IMG/VR virus record: IMGVR_UViG_3300021057_000107 | Coordinates: 1-14,756 of that record | DNA length: 14,756 nt | DNA from: a virus | Direction: 5' to 3' (one strand) | Translations under genes and position numbers: made by a program | Notes under the pieces: generated by a model | The model's input: only the letters and a program-made list of their open reading frames with translations | Told to the model about the DNA's origin: nothing | Database searches by the model: none | Shown here: one piece after another, positions 6,066 through 14,197 of the stretch | How positions within the stretch are numbered: the first letter of the stretch is position 1 | Layout of the letters: each line of letters begins with the position of its first letter

Positions 6066-6109
6066 AATAGGTTTGGTTTGCATTCTTCTCACTTCGCAAA
6101 TGAACGTAA

Positions 6110-6514
6110 TTATCCATGATTATATAGAGTAAAATTCTTATCTATCCATAATATGTGAAAAATTCTTCCCAATTTAAAGCCAACCATTGGAGCCTGACCT
6201 ATACAACGAAAAGCAATCATATCAACATCCTCTGTTACCTTAGCAGGAATCGACACTTTTAAAGCATTGCGAGCTATTTTTTCGTAACCAAGGCCGTCCC
6301 GCGGAGCTAATCTTAATTCCTTCCATGTCAATTTGCTTCTCTTATAGAGAGCCATTGCAAAATGAGCCTTTTGGTCTTTTTGACATGAATGGACACAATA
6401 TCCGTCAACCATAAATTCTAAAGAAAATATTGGAGTTTGATCGTCAGATTTGTCGGAGGGAACGTAATGCGGTTGGATTCTTCCAGTGTTTAGTTTAGGC
6501 TCGCGAAATGTCAC
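6110..6514 (-). CDS. Unrecognised 134-aa protein immediately downstream of a Panacea-domain antitoxin; candidate toxin
   Basis: A GTG start at 6514 lies 3 nt after the upstream TAA (6518..6520) with no separate SD, which suggests coupling. The C-terminus FRCIGQAPMVGFKLGRIFHILWIDKNFTLYNHG loosely recalls the terminal beta strands of RelE/ParE-like folds. That is weak and by eye only. Confidence 0.6.
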   Translation of the reverse strand: MTFREPKLNTGRIQPHYVPSDKSDDQTPIFSLEFMVDGYCVHSCQKDQKAHFAMALYKRSKLTWKELRLAPRDGLGYEKIARNALKVSIPAKVTEDVDMIAFRCIGQAPMVGFKLGRIFHILWIDKNFTLYNHG

Positions 6515-6517
6515 GAA

Positions 6518-6976
6518 TTATTCAACAACAAGGGTCTTAAAATATTCTTTCATTGAAGCGTGAGTGATAACCTCAACGCCAGCACCCTTTTCAAATGCTT
6601 CTTTCCAAGGAGCCTCTTCGTGAGTTAAATTTCTTAATTTCCAGGCGGAGAATTGACCAAAAACTCTATATACTTCATCCAAAAGGTCTTGAACTTTTTT
6701 ATCATAAATTGATAAGTCTAATTTATCGGGAGCAGGAATACTATCCGCACCATAATCTCTATATTTTCGATACAAGGACGGTATCACAGGACCATGTTGC
6801 CATGCCTCAATCTCCTCAGTAAACAAAGGCTCATTAAACATAGCCAAATGAAATCCTTGAGCATAATAACAAAGTTTCTGTAATTTAAGATTTGAGATCA
6901 TATCCCCTGCTTCAGGATCATTTTTGGCAAGAAAATAATTAGCAATATCTTCGACTGATAATTGGCGGGTAGGCAT
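6518..6976 (-). CDS. Panacea / DUF4065 (SocA, GepA-like) antitoxin-domain protein, 152 aa
   Basis: NLKLQKLCYYAQGFHLAMFNEPLFTEEIEAWQHGPVIPSLYRKY matches the family hallmark (LQKLLYYAQG...IEAW.HGPV...Y). AGGAG (6989..6985) lies upstream of the ATG at 6976. Confidence 0.85.
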   Translation of the reverse strand: MPTRQLSVEDIANYFLAKNDPEAGDMISNLKLQKLCYYAQGFHLAMFNEPLFTEEIEAWQHGPVIPSLYRKYRDYGADSIPAPDKLDLSIYDKKVQDLLDEVYRVFGQFSAWKLRNLTHEEAPWKEAFEKGAGVEVITHASMKEYFKTLVVE

Positions 6977-7002
6977 AAATATTTCTCCTATAAAGAGTGT
7001 AC

Positions 7003-7031
7003 AATATAGCGTAAAATTGTCAACTAGTCAA
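7003..7031 (-). promoter_or_regulatory. Predicted promoter of the antitoxin-toxin pair
   Basis: On the minus strand, TTGACT (7031..7026) is followed by a 17-nt spacer and TATATT (7008..7003). The leader to the SD is about 20 nt. A GTCAAC direct repeat (7019..7024 and 7027..7032) overlaps the -35 region. Confidence 0.55.
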
Positions 7032-7078
7032 CAGGTAAGAGTCTTGGGGTCATTTATTATAATTTAACTCTTTACTGT
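7031..7078. repeat. Imperfect 12-bp inverted repeat with a 24-bp spacer (48 bp overall) between terL and the TA module
   Basis: ACAGGTAAGAGT (7031..7042) pairs with ACTCTTTACTGT (7067..7078). The reverse complement of the right arm is ACAGTAAAGAGT, which matches 10 of 12 positions. Confidence 0.5.
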
Positions 7079-7141
7079 TAAAGAACAAGCAAAAACAGAT
7101 AAATTTAAACTTTTAACCAAAAAGAAGCGTCCTTTTCCCTT

Positions 7142-8533
7142 TTATCTTAATCCTAATTCCTTAAATGGATTCCAATTATCGTTTGATGAATATTGAGGTT
7201 GTCTAAAATGTGTATATTGCCTGTCTTGATCGTCCTTTACAGAATCAATAAGACTGGCCGCCATACAAAGCGAATCGAATAAATTTGGTGATTTAATTTT
7301 ATATTTATTACGCATCTCCTCCTTGCTGATTAATATCTTTCTGCCGTCATTGGCATATTTAAAACGGACGGTCATCATTTCCTGCACAATTTCCTCCGTT
7401 AGCCCACCTATCCAACCACGTGAAATATACTCCTTGAGTTTGTAAGCGGCTGCGGTGCGAGGATTCACATAATCGGGGTTCTTGTCCTTATCTAAAACAG
7501 GATTTCGGAAAGGCTCATAATTATTTAACCTATGCCCGCAAGTAATTGAATCAAAAGGCCCGCTTCCAAGGCCGTCAACGTCAATGATAGATCTTTCTGC
7601 ATTATGCTGCTTTGAAAGATTAATGATCCGACCAGTTGTATAATCAAGGTCTTTGTGTTCCCAAGTTTCTGAATGGACTACCATCCAATGCAAACGATTT
7701 ACTTGCTGTAGAACAACGCACGCGCTTTTGTCGGCTCCATATCGGGCCACATCAAATCCGGCAATTCGTAAACCATAGCCCGGACTAGGCGAGATTTCCT
7801 TCTTTGCCTCCATTAACTCTGAAAATCTATAAACAAGATCGTCACTTTCTGTTTCTTCAAAGCTGTTTAAAACATACCTACGATAGTGCGCCGGAGCGTC
7901 AATCTCCTTTCTTCTTAAATCCTGCACAAAGTCTTCACGGAGGTTCTTCTCATTCGCAAAACTGTTTGCCGTCAAACAATGGTAAACATCATTAATATAC
8001 TCAAATTCGCCCGTTGCTGAATTAATCGTATTTACCGTTTTTGCGCCATTAATCCATAACCTCCAAACCCAATTATGCCCATTAGCGTTTGCAATAACAC
8101 AAATAGGGCATACATTTGCTCCGTTATTCTGACGCATACGATCACGAAGAAACTGAAACGGCGTATCATCGTCAAATTCTTCCGCCTGTTCAATGCCGCA
8201 AATACCAAGGTTAAGATTTTTAAGGACCCTTAATTCATCGGCATGACGGAACATAATTAGTGATCCATTGTCCAAACGATAATTTTTGTCGACCGGAATT
8301 TTTTCTTCATAGTATTTCTCGAAGTCAACCATTGTTGAATCCCGCAAGTCGGTAAATTCTTTACGAACAATTAATCCCGTTGTTCTCTTGTATTTTGCAC
8401 AATAGTTAACGATCTTGTTTATCAATAACATCGTTTTTCCAGTTCCAACGGCTGAAATTAAGCAAGGGAATTTTGCCTCGCTATAAAGAAACCTATATTG
8501 ATAATTCCCCTTATCAACATTAAATGTTTGCAT
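7142..8533 (-). CDS. terL: Terminase large subunit, 463 aa
   Basis: The ATPase half shows Walker A SAVGTGKT, then GLIVRKEFTDLRDS, a Walker B-like LGICGIEQAEE and a coupling-like ANANG. The RNaseH-like nuclease acidic motifs are AGFDVARYGADKSA, IIDVDGLGSGPFD and SPNLFDSLCMA. Order and spacing are typical of tailed-phage TerL. Confidence 0.93.
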   Translation of the reverse strand: MQTFNVDKGNYQYRFLYSEAKFPCLISAVGTGKTMLLINKIVNYCAKYKRTTGLIVRKEFTDLRDSTMVDFEKYYEEKIPVDKNYRLDNGSLIMFRHADELRVLKNLNLGICGIEQAEEFDDDTPFQFLRDRMRQNNGANVCPICVIANANGHNWVWRLWINGAKTVNTINSATGEFEYINDVYHCLTANSFANEKNLREDFVQDLRRKEIDAPAHYRRYVLNSFEETESDDLVYRFSELMEAKKEISPSPGYGLRIAGFDVARYGADKSACVVLQQVNRLHWMVVHSETWEHKDLDYTTGRIINLSKQHNAERSIIDVDGLGSGPFDSITCGHRLNNYEPFRNPVLDKDKNPDYVNPRTAAAYKLKEYISRGWIGGLTEEIVQEMMTVRFKYANDGRKILISKEEMRNKYKIKSPNLFDSLCMAASLIDSVKDDQDRQYTHFRQPQYSSNDNWNPFKELGLR

Positions 8534-11500
8534 TTACCTGATCCTTTTATAAAGTTCTAAGACTTCAAGATTTAAAAGACCTGACTTCTTTGCTTCGGAT
8601 AATTTGTTAAGCAACTCTTCACCTTCAAGGCCTTCGGTTATTTCAAGAACCATACCGACACGGGCGGATACTTTTGCTTTATCTAGAATCTTATCTATAT
8701 TTTTTGCCTTTAACTCATCGTCGGTGTCTTCGTAAGAGTCCATTTGCATATAAGAAGAAATCTTATCAAAGGCTATTGCTCCGGCGTTTTGCCAAAGTTC
8801 CGTGTTCTGTTCTGGCGTTAATATGTCATAGCCTTCACGGCCTCCCAACAAAGTAGTCGATATTTCAAAACCCAGATCTGTTAGCCTCCGTAACTCCTGA
8901 ACAATGGGGTCTTTTATTTCCGTCATCGGTCTTGTAGGATCAGCCATGATTTCAAAGAAGTTTTCTGGAATGATCCGTTCTCTTCCTAGGACATCAATCT
9001 GTGGCTCTAGGCTGCTTCTAAGAAACGGAATCCTTGAAGCAATTGCATTTGATATGTTTTCAACCCGACGTTCTGTTTTGTCTGTTGCCTTTGCAATATC
9101 CGCTATTATCGTTGGCACAAATGAAGAGATGAGCCCAGAGGTGAAATACTCTGCAGATCGTTCTGGGTCGGTTAATGCGTCGATAGCCGAAGACATCCCC
9201 TTAAGAAACGTTTGCTCTGAGAAAGACTTTGCGCTTCCAAAGATCGTCTTTGATATTGCTTCTGTTGGGCTTCCTGATTCTTGAAGTCTTTTCGCAAACT
9301 GCCCGCCGATTAAGATAAGGTTTCCTGCAGGGCCTAAGACCTGAATTGATCGCCATGTATCACCGATTTTGATTGAATTAGCTTTTCGATTTTCAAGCTT
9401 TGCTAATTCCTTAAGTCTTTCGGAAATCGGTCTATCAAGGGTCAAGTCGCCCCTGTTGTAAAGATCATAACCAAACCACAAAAGCGGAACGCCTAATAAA
9501 GCACGGCCCATTCCTTTTGAAAAGTCGCGTTGATCCCATTTTCCTTTTCCGATATTTTCAAGAGCCGTCTTTATAACTCCGGCAGGGCTGTAGTTGATAA
9601 TCTGCATTGCAACGGCTGAAGGCGTCTTACTGAATGGTAGGACAAATTCACCTCCTGGGATATTCTGAATCGCTCGACCAGCTTTTGATAAGAAAGTTTC
9701 GTTCTGGAAAGTTGCTGCTTCAGCATCGGAAACTGCTAAAACCAGAGTATCATCAGTTGGATTTTCGATAAGATTGTTAATATAAGTTTCGGCTTCCTTG
9801 CCTTTTAAACCTTTATTCTTTGCGGCGACAATGGCTTGCTCTGCGATAGAACGAGCTTTTGCACCGTAATAAAATATCTGATCTTCTGCGCCTAGAATCT
9901 TAAAGACTCCTTCTTCATAAGCCTGTAGACCTTTGGCAATTTTTCCTTTACCAAATGATACGCGACGGTAATCAAACTTACCTAAAACGTTTCGCTCATC
10001 GTAACCAGTTTTTAAGAATCGCCAGCCCTTTTCGAAACCTTCTTTGATACCACTAGAAAGCCCTCTGGTTGTAAAGGCAACGGCTCGCTTCCCAGTGAAT
10101 AACGAAACAACACTATCAACAGCAACGGCTGGAATATCTTTTAAAACTTCCGTACCGAAGGCATGAGAAGCGTTGCTGAATATATTCAAGCCTGAAGTTT
10201 TAATGCCTGTGAGTAATCCGGCTTTCCAAACAGTCGTGATTTTCTTGAGCAATGGCGTAGGCACAAGATCATTTAGATAGTCTTGCATCTCTTTCCATGC
10301 GACGGCCTTGGCTTCTCCGTCGGGAAGTTGTGATATTGCGGTGACTCTATCACGAATAAACCTTGCTTGTTCGCCAGTAAGTTCCGGGATTTTCTTTCGT
10401 AGACCAAACATACCAGCGTCTTTCTCGACTTCAGCGTTGTATCGTTTAATGGTTTGAGCTGCGAATTTGATCTGTCCTTCAGGCGTTTGACGTGAAAGAA
10501 TAGAAGCTGCCTGCACAGAACGGCCTAACTCGGTTAATCGAACAGCCATATCATTTCCTAACTCAGCCGCCCTCTCATAGAGAGCGTCAGCTACAGCAGG
10601 CTCCGTGGCTTTCTCAGCTAATTCGGTATAATGTTTTAACAACTCTGCCCCTGTAGCAATTGAAGCATCATCAGTCCCGGTTCTTGCCATTGTCTCAGCA
10701 AGAGCTAAGTCCTCTTGAATTAACGTTCTTGCCTTTTGTGCTAACTCATCAGTACTTCTGGGTACATATTGCCCTGAGACTTTTAATATCGGCAGTTCTT
10801 CTTTGATCGAAGTAATAAATTTCCTTTCTTTGTATCCTGGTTTTATCGTTTCGCCTGCGGCAGCTTTAGCAACGGTCACGGGGTCTGTTGCTGCCTTACC
10901 TGCAGTTTCTCCGACAGCCTTAATTGCGGCCTTTGGGTCATTCGGTGCAGGAACGCCAGTATATAACTTAGGACTCTTAAGATATTTATCAGCCCTTTGG
11001 AAAAAATAAGCCTGAACCTCTGGACGTTGCATATAGGCCCAGGCTTCTTCAGCGTTCATGTTCATTTTTTCCATCACAGTGGAATGAATTTTAGCGGTCG
11101 AGTTCCTAAGAAGATTTCTAGCAGCGTTGATTTGATAGTTTTCTATCATGACTGGAATACTTTGAAGACCGCCATAAATAAACAAATCTTCAATCGCTCC
11201 GGCAACTGCCCGAGGAATTAAAGCGGCGATGCCTCCTTCACGCTCTTTTTGCGTAAATGGTATTCGATCATGTGCGGTGATCTTTACCACCGAAGAAGGC
11301 ATAACAACCGCTTTGATAACATCAGCACCTAACTCGTCAGTCTGACCTGTCACAACGTCGCCAACAAAAGCCCGAACTGGTTCATAAATCCTACCTACCA
11401 GAGTTTCAAAAGCAGCATCAGCAAGCTTTAGACCTGGGTCTACTACGGCACGATTTGCTTTGAGCCTGGCTTCAGTGTCAATCTTTCCCGTCATTAAAAA

Positions 11501-11797
11501 TGAACCTGCATCTTTAACATCTTGGGCCATTGATTGACCTACACCTTTGACAAACTCCGGCACGGCCTTAATGGTTTCCTTTGCCTTTTTCTCCATTGCA
11601 AACCAATTTTCGTCCGAAATAATCGGCTCAGCTTGAGCTAATATCTGCATAATCGACTGACGCGGAGACTTTCCATACTCATTTATATTAATGTGATGCT
11701 GCACATCAATGTCGTGCATATCGCCGGGATAAGACAAAGACTTATTTTTATCTTCAAGATAAATTTCTTTATTAGGTAAAACGGTAATAGGTAGCAT
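8534..11797 (-). CDS. Giant 1087-aa protein of unknown function; possibly virion-associated or packaged, by position only
   Basis: The frame is uninterrupted over 3264 nt. Its ATG overlaps the upstream stop as TAATG (11795..11799), and its TAA directly abuts the terL ATG (TAAATG, 8531..8536). It is mostly helical and Ala/Lys-rich, with a low-complexity linker (APNDPKAAIKAVGETAGKAATDPVTVAKAAAGE) and hydrophobic patches near the C-terminal third. I found no catalytic motif. Confidence 0.85.
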   Translation of the reverse strand: MLPITVLPNKEIYLEDKNKSLSYPGDMHDIDVQHHININEYGKSPRQSIMQILAQAEPIISDENWFAMEKKAKETIKAVPEFVKGVGQSMAQDVKDAGSFLMTGKIDTEARLKANRAVVDPGLKLADAAFETLVGRIYEPVRAFVGDVVTGQTDELGADVIKAVVMPSSVVKITAHDRIPFTQKEREGGIAALIPRAVAGAIEDLFIYGGLQSIPVMIENYQINAARNLLRNSTAKIHSTVMEKMNMNAEEAWAYMQRPEVQAYFFQRADKYLKSPKLYTGVPAPNDPKAAIKAVGETAGKAATDPVTVAKAAAGETIKPGYKERKFITSIKEELPILKVSGQYVPRSTDELAQKARTLIQEDLALAETMARTGTDDASIATGAELLKHYTELAEKATEPAVADALYERAAELGNDMAVRLTELGRSVQAASILSRQTPEGQIKFAAQTIKRYNAEVEKDAGMFGLRKKIPELTGEQARFIRDRVTAISQLPDGEAKAVAWKEMQDYLNDLVPTPLLKKITTVWKAGLLTGIKTSGLNIFSNASHAFGTEVLKDIPAVAVDSVVSLFTGKRAVAFTTRGLSSGIKEGFEKGWRFLKTGYDERNVLGKFDYRRVSFGKGKIAKGLQAYEEGVFKILGAEDQIFYYGAKARSIAEQAIVAAKNKGLKGKEAETYINNLIENPTDDTLVLAVSDAEAATFQNETFLSKAGRAIQNIPGGEFVLPFSKTPSAVAMQIINYSPAGVIKTALENIGKGKWDQRDFSKGMGRALLGVPLLWFGYDLYNRGDLTLDRPISERLKELAKLENRKANSIKIGDTWRSIQVLGPAGNLILIGGQFAKRLQESGSPTEAISKTIFGSAKSFSEQTFLKGMSSAIDALTDPERSAEYFTSGLISSFVPTIIADIAKATDKTERRVENISNAIASRIPFLRSSLEPQIDVLGRERIIPENFFEIMADPTRPMTEIKDPIVQELRRLTDLGFEISTTLLGGREGYDILTPEQNTELWQNAGAIAFDKISSYMQMDSYEDTDDELKAKNIDKILDKAKVSARVGMVLEITEGLEGEELLNKLSEAKKSGLLNLEVLELYKRIR

Positions 11798-13212
11798 TAA
11801 AGATCCTCAAAGTTGATTTGTAGGTTATTAAAAGCTGTACTCACCGGCTTTTGATTTACCTTCTTGCCCTTAGCCTTACTTTCTTTCTTGTACGCTCCGA
11901 TGATTCTATTTCGATTTCCGACAAGGTTAGGAACATCGGGAAGCTGTGTCGTTGAAGGAAAATTTTTGCGAATGTAGTCTTTTTGAACAGTCTGCATGAC
12001 AACATCGGGGTCGGCATTTGGTTGCTTATCTAGACGTTGAAAGAAATTAAATACAATCTCATCTTCGTCTTCCGGAAAAGACTTGGAAGCCCAATCGCCC
12101 AAAGCTTGTGCAGAAGCTCTTATTGTGATTGTTCGGGAGTCAAGTGGATCGTAAGCACTCTTAACTAAATACTCTCTATCCTGCGGCGTTAAACTGCTAA
12201 TGCTTTCGATAATCTTTTGATTAACTTCTTTCCGCTTCTTGCCTTCAAGCTGAAGAGCTTTAATCTGGTTGTAAGATTGAAAGTCCGTTCTCTCTGCCGG
12301 AGCATCATAAATTGAAGCGATATATTTCTCGCCAAAATCTTTTCGAATACCCGTTGAAATAAGCAGATCTTTGACTTTTGTTTGCGTTACCGTACCGAAA
12401 TTTAAAAGTAAATCAGTTTCGTTCTGATCCTGATTAAGATTGACAGTATGGTCATTCAAAATTCTATTACGCCGAATGTGTAATTTTGTTTTCTCCAAAC
12501 GCTCTGCTCTCTCAGCATCGGTAAGATGAGCGTATTCACCATCCTTGCCAGCTTGTAACTGACTATAAACCCAGGAATTTTCTTGTTCCAAAGCTTGATC
12601 TTGCATAATATCTAAATCAACAGAGCCAAGACGATAATCGTCCAAAAGCTTTCTTCCTCCGGCCTCAGTAATCACACCACTGACCACGTTAGCCTCAATC
12701 AATTGCCCCATCTTTTTATCAATGTCTTGCCTTACGGATATCTTCGGTGCATTAGACTTTTCAAGAGACATATTACGCACGGTTTCTTCAAGATTTTGGT
12801 AAGCCTTGAAATGCTGCTTTTGTTTGAATATTCCTTCAATTTCAATTTTGGCAATAGCCAGGTCCTTCTTAAAATGCAAAGCAACATTCTCCCGAACCTG
12901 GGCGTTTTTTATCTGAGTTGGCGAAAGTTTTTCGGCTTTATTAAGTTCTTTTAAATATTTTTCAACGTTGTCGGGGTTTTGGTCTTCAAGAGCTTGCTGC
13001 TTAACTCTAGCGATATGCGTTGAAACCTCTGCACTTGTCTTATTGACTTGCATAACATCATTCGCATTAGACCAATCCTGAGCAATCTGATTGACAGTGT
13101 TAAGAAGGTTTTGATTTGCTTGTGCTGCTTGATCGACTTCATTACGAATTGGAGCTTGTAATTTACTTTCAATATTACGTTTTGATGTATATGTTGGTAA
13201 TGATGGTGACAT
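11797..13212 (-). CDS. 471-aa charged, coiled-coil-rich protein of unknown function (scaffold-like or internal-protein-like is only a guess)
   Basis: I prefer the ATG at 13212 (MSPSLPTYTSKRN...), which has GAAAGGAA upstream, over the track's TTG at 13272. The extra 20 codons are a translation of a GC-rich hairpin. The composition is Gln/Lys/Glu-rich and helical. Confidence 0.8.
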   Translation of the reverse strand: MSPSLPTYTSKRNIESKLQAPIRNEVDQAAQANQNLLNTVNQIAQDWSNANDVMQVNKTSAEVSTHIARVKQQALEDQNPDNVEKYLKELNKAEKLSPTQIKNAQVRENVALHFKKDLAIAKIEIEGIFKQKQHFKAYQNLEETVRNMSLEKSNAPKISVRQDIDKKMGQLIEANVVSGVITEAGGRKLLDDYRLGSVDLDIMQDQALEQENSWVYSQLQAGKDGEYAHLTDAERAERLEKTKLHIRRNRILNDHTVNLNQDQNETDLLLNFGTVTQTKVKDLLISTGIRKDFGEKYIASIYDAPAERTDFQSYNQIKALQLEGKKRKEVNQKIIESISSLTPQDREYLVKSAYDPLDSRTITIRASAQALGDWASKSFPEDEDEIVFNFFQRLDKQPNADPDVVMQTVQKDYIRKNFPSTTQLPDVPNLVGNRNRIIGAYKKESKAKGKKVNQKPVSTAFNNLQINFEDL

Positions 13213-13232
13213 GAATTCCTTTCTTGCCGTAA

Positions 13233-13256
13233 CCCCCGGCCTTTTCAAACCAGGGG
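13233..13256 (-). other. GC-rich hairpin in the short gap before the 471-aa gene
   Basis: Minus-strand RNA forms CCCCUGG (13256..13250) paired with CCGGGGG (13239..13233). That is a 7-bp stem including one G-U wobble, with a 10-nt loop. On the plus strand the same position would be a C-A mismatch. No U tract follows. Confidence 0.45.
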
Positions 13257-13276
13257 CTAGGCAGACACACAAATTG

Positions 13277-13384
13277 TTAAGATAAGCGGTCGTCGTTTCT
13301 AGCGTCGTTCAATGCGCTATTACGTCCGCTGTTTGAATAAGTACATAAACTAACGTCTTTGTTAAAAGTAATCACTGTATCCAT
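13277..13384 (-). CDS. 35-aa micro-ORF with a strong ribosome-binding site
   Basis: It is absent from the track because it is under 60 aa. AAAGGAGG lies 6 nt upstream of the ATG at 13384, immediately after the upstream gene's stop. My translation is MDTVITFNKDVSLCTYSNSGRNSALNDARNDDRLS, with TAA at 13277..13279. It fills an otherwise empty 125-nt gap in a tightly packed operon. Confidence 0.5.
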   Translation of the reverse strand: MDTVITFNKDVSLCTYSNSGRNSALNDARNDDRLS

Positions 13385-13398
13385 AGTTGCCTCCTTTC

Positions 13399-13929
13399 TT
13401 AACCAAGCTTGGGTGTGTACTTGTCGGAAGTTGGTATTGGTTTGTTTTGACTTAGAGAATCAGAAAAGCCGCTGCCTTGCTCTCCTCCTCCGTCCTCAAT
13501 GCGATAACCAGAGCCGGATTTAACTTCTTTATATCCGTAACCGATGCCAGTGTTATGATTGTCAACGTCCTCACTTACTCCCCTTGATCGGTTTCCCTCC
13601 ACAAGGTTTGATGATTTTCTTGCATCAGGCCCTTTGCCATACTCTGCATCTCCAGTTTGCTCTTTTATGATCTGAACCTTTTCAGCTTCATAAGTTGTAA
13701 TCCAGCCTTTTAAATTGCAGCCCTTACCACTGGCAAACCCTGCCTCCATCATGTTGACAAATCTTACGGCTCGATCTGATTCTTCAAGCATTGGAATATT
13801 CTCTTCATCAAACTGACCGCCCCAGTAAGCGTGTTTCTTGTTGGATCGAATCTTTTGAGCCCATGCTTTACATTCTTCTGGTGAAACATAAAGCTCTTCG
13901 TCATCTCCTGGTATTTCGTTGTAGTTCAT
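13399..13929 (-). CDS. Hypothetical 176-aa protein with a Gly/Ser-rich C-terminal tail
   Basis: I prefer the ATG at 13929 (MNYNEIPGDDEE...), with AGGAGA (13942..13937) 7 nt upstream. The track start at 13965 lacks an SD and overlaps the previous gene by 20 nt. I recognise no motif. Confidence 0.75.
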   Translation of the reverse strand: MNYNEIPGDDEELYVSPEECKAWAQKIRSNKKHAYWGGQFDEENIPMLEESDRAVRFVNMMEAGFASGKGCNLKGWITTYEAEKVQIIKEQTGDAEYGKGPDARKSSNLVEGNRSRGVSEDVDNHNTGIGYGYKEVKSGSGYRIEDGGGEQGSGFSDSLSQNKPIPTSDKYTPKLG

Positions 13930-13945
13930 TGCGTTGTCTCCTTTT

Positions 13946-14197
13946 TCATTGTTCTCCATGCTCATGTTTTATTTGTCTAACCTTATTGGCCAGTTCTATG
14001 GTGTCATTCCAATCATGATAATAGACGTCACTACCTTTACTTTTTACTTCCATCATTTTTATAAACTTTCCGACTTCATTGTTTTCACGTATTTGGTGAT
14101 ACTGATGGCACTTTCTAAGAAGTACGAACATTATTTCTAAATCACTTTTTGATGATAAATAATCCCTCGCCTCCTGTAATGCTTCATAGTTTTTCAT
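13946..14197 (-). CDS. Hypothetical 83-aa protein
   Basis: The ATG at 14197 has AAGGA 7 nt upstream. The gene sits in the same-strand operon. I recognise no motif. Confidence 0.7.
   Translation of the reverse strand: MKNYEALQEARDYLSSKSDLEIMFVLLRKCHQYHQIRENNEVGKFIKMMEVKSKGSDVYYHDWNDTIELANKVRQIKHEHGEQ

Noticed and set aside
6077-6100. Possible bidirectional terminator at the convergence point (TTTGC ... GCAAA)
   Set aside because: The stem is only 5 bp and AT-rich, the loop is 14 nt, and no flanking U or A tracts are present. This is too weak to call.
6595-6822. Plus-strand ORF 6595..6822
   Set aside because: It is antisense to the Panacea-domain gene, whose own frame carries a clear family signature.
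7804-7995. Plus-strand ORF 7804..7995
   Set aside because: It is antisense to terL, so it is a shadow ORF.
8674-11221. Plus-strand ORFs 8674..8856, 8904..9284, 10803..11009 and 10997..11221
   Set aside because: All are nested antisense within the 3264-nt minus-strand frame. A frame of that length staying open by chance is far less likely than short antisense frames doing so.
12703-13172. ORFs 12703..12954 (+) and 12951..13172 (-, alternative frame)
   Set aside because: Both are nested within the 471-aa gene and show biased Leu/Phe/Lys composition. They have no SD and do not fit the operon's gene chaining.
13226-13260. GC-rich hairpin as a tRNA fragment or tRNA-derived att site
   Set aside because: The loop (GUUUGAAAAG on the sense strand) does not match the T-loop consensus (GTTCGAATC-like). 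No acceptor or anticodon arms can be drawn around it.
13213-13272. N-terminal 20 codons of the track's 491-aa ORF (MCVCLAPGLKRPGVTARKEF)
   Set aside because: The start would be TTG without an SD, and the segment is simply the translation of the GC-rich hairpin. The ATG at 13212 has a GAAAGGAA ribosome-binding site.
13930-13965. Longer 188-aa start for the 13399.. gene
   Set aside because: The ATGs at 13965 and 13959 lack an SD and would overlap the 83-aa gene by 20 nt. The ATG at 13929 has AGGAGA at ideal spacing.
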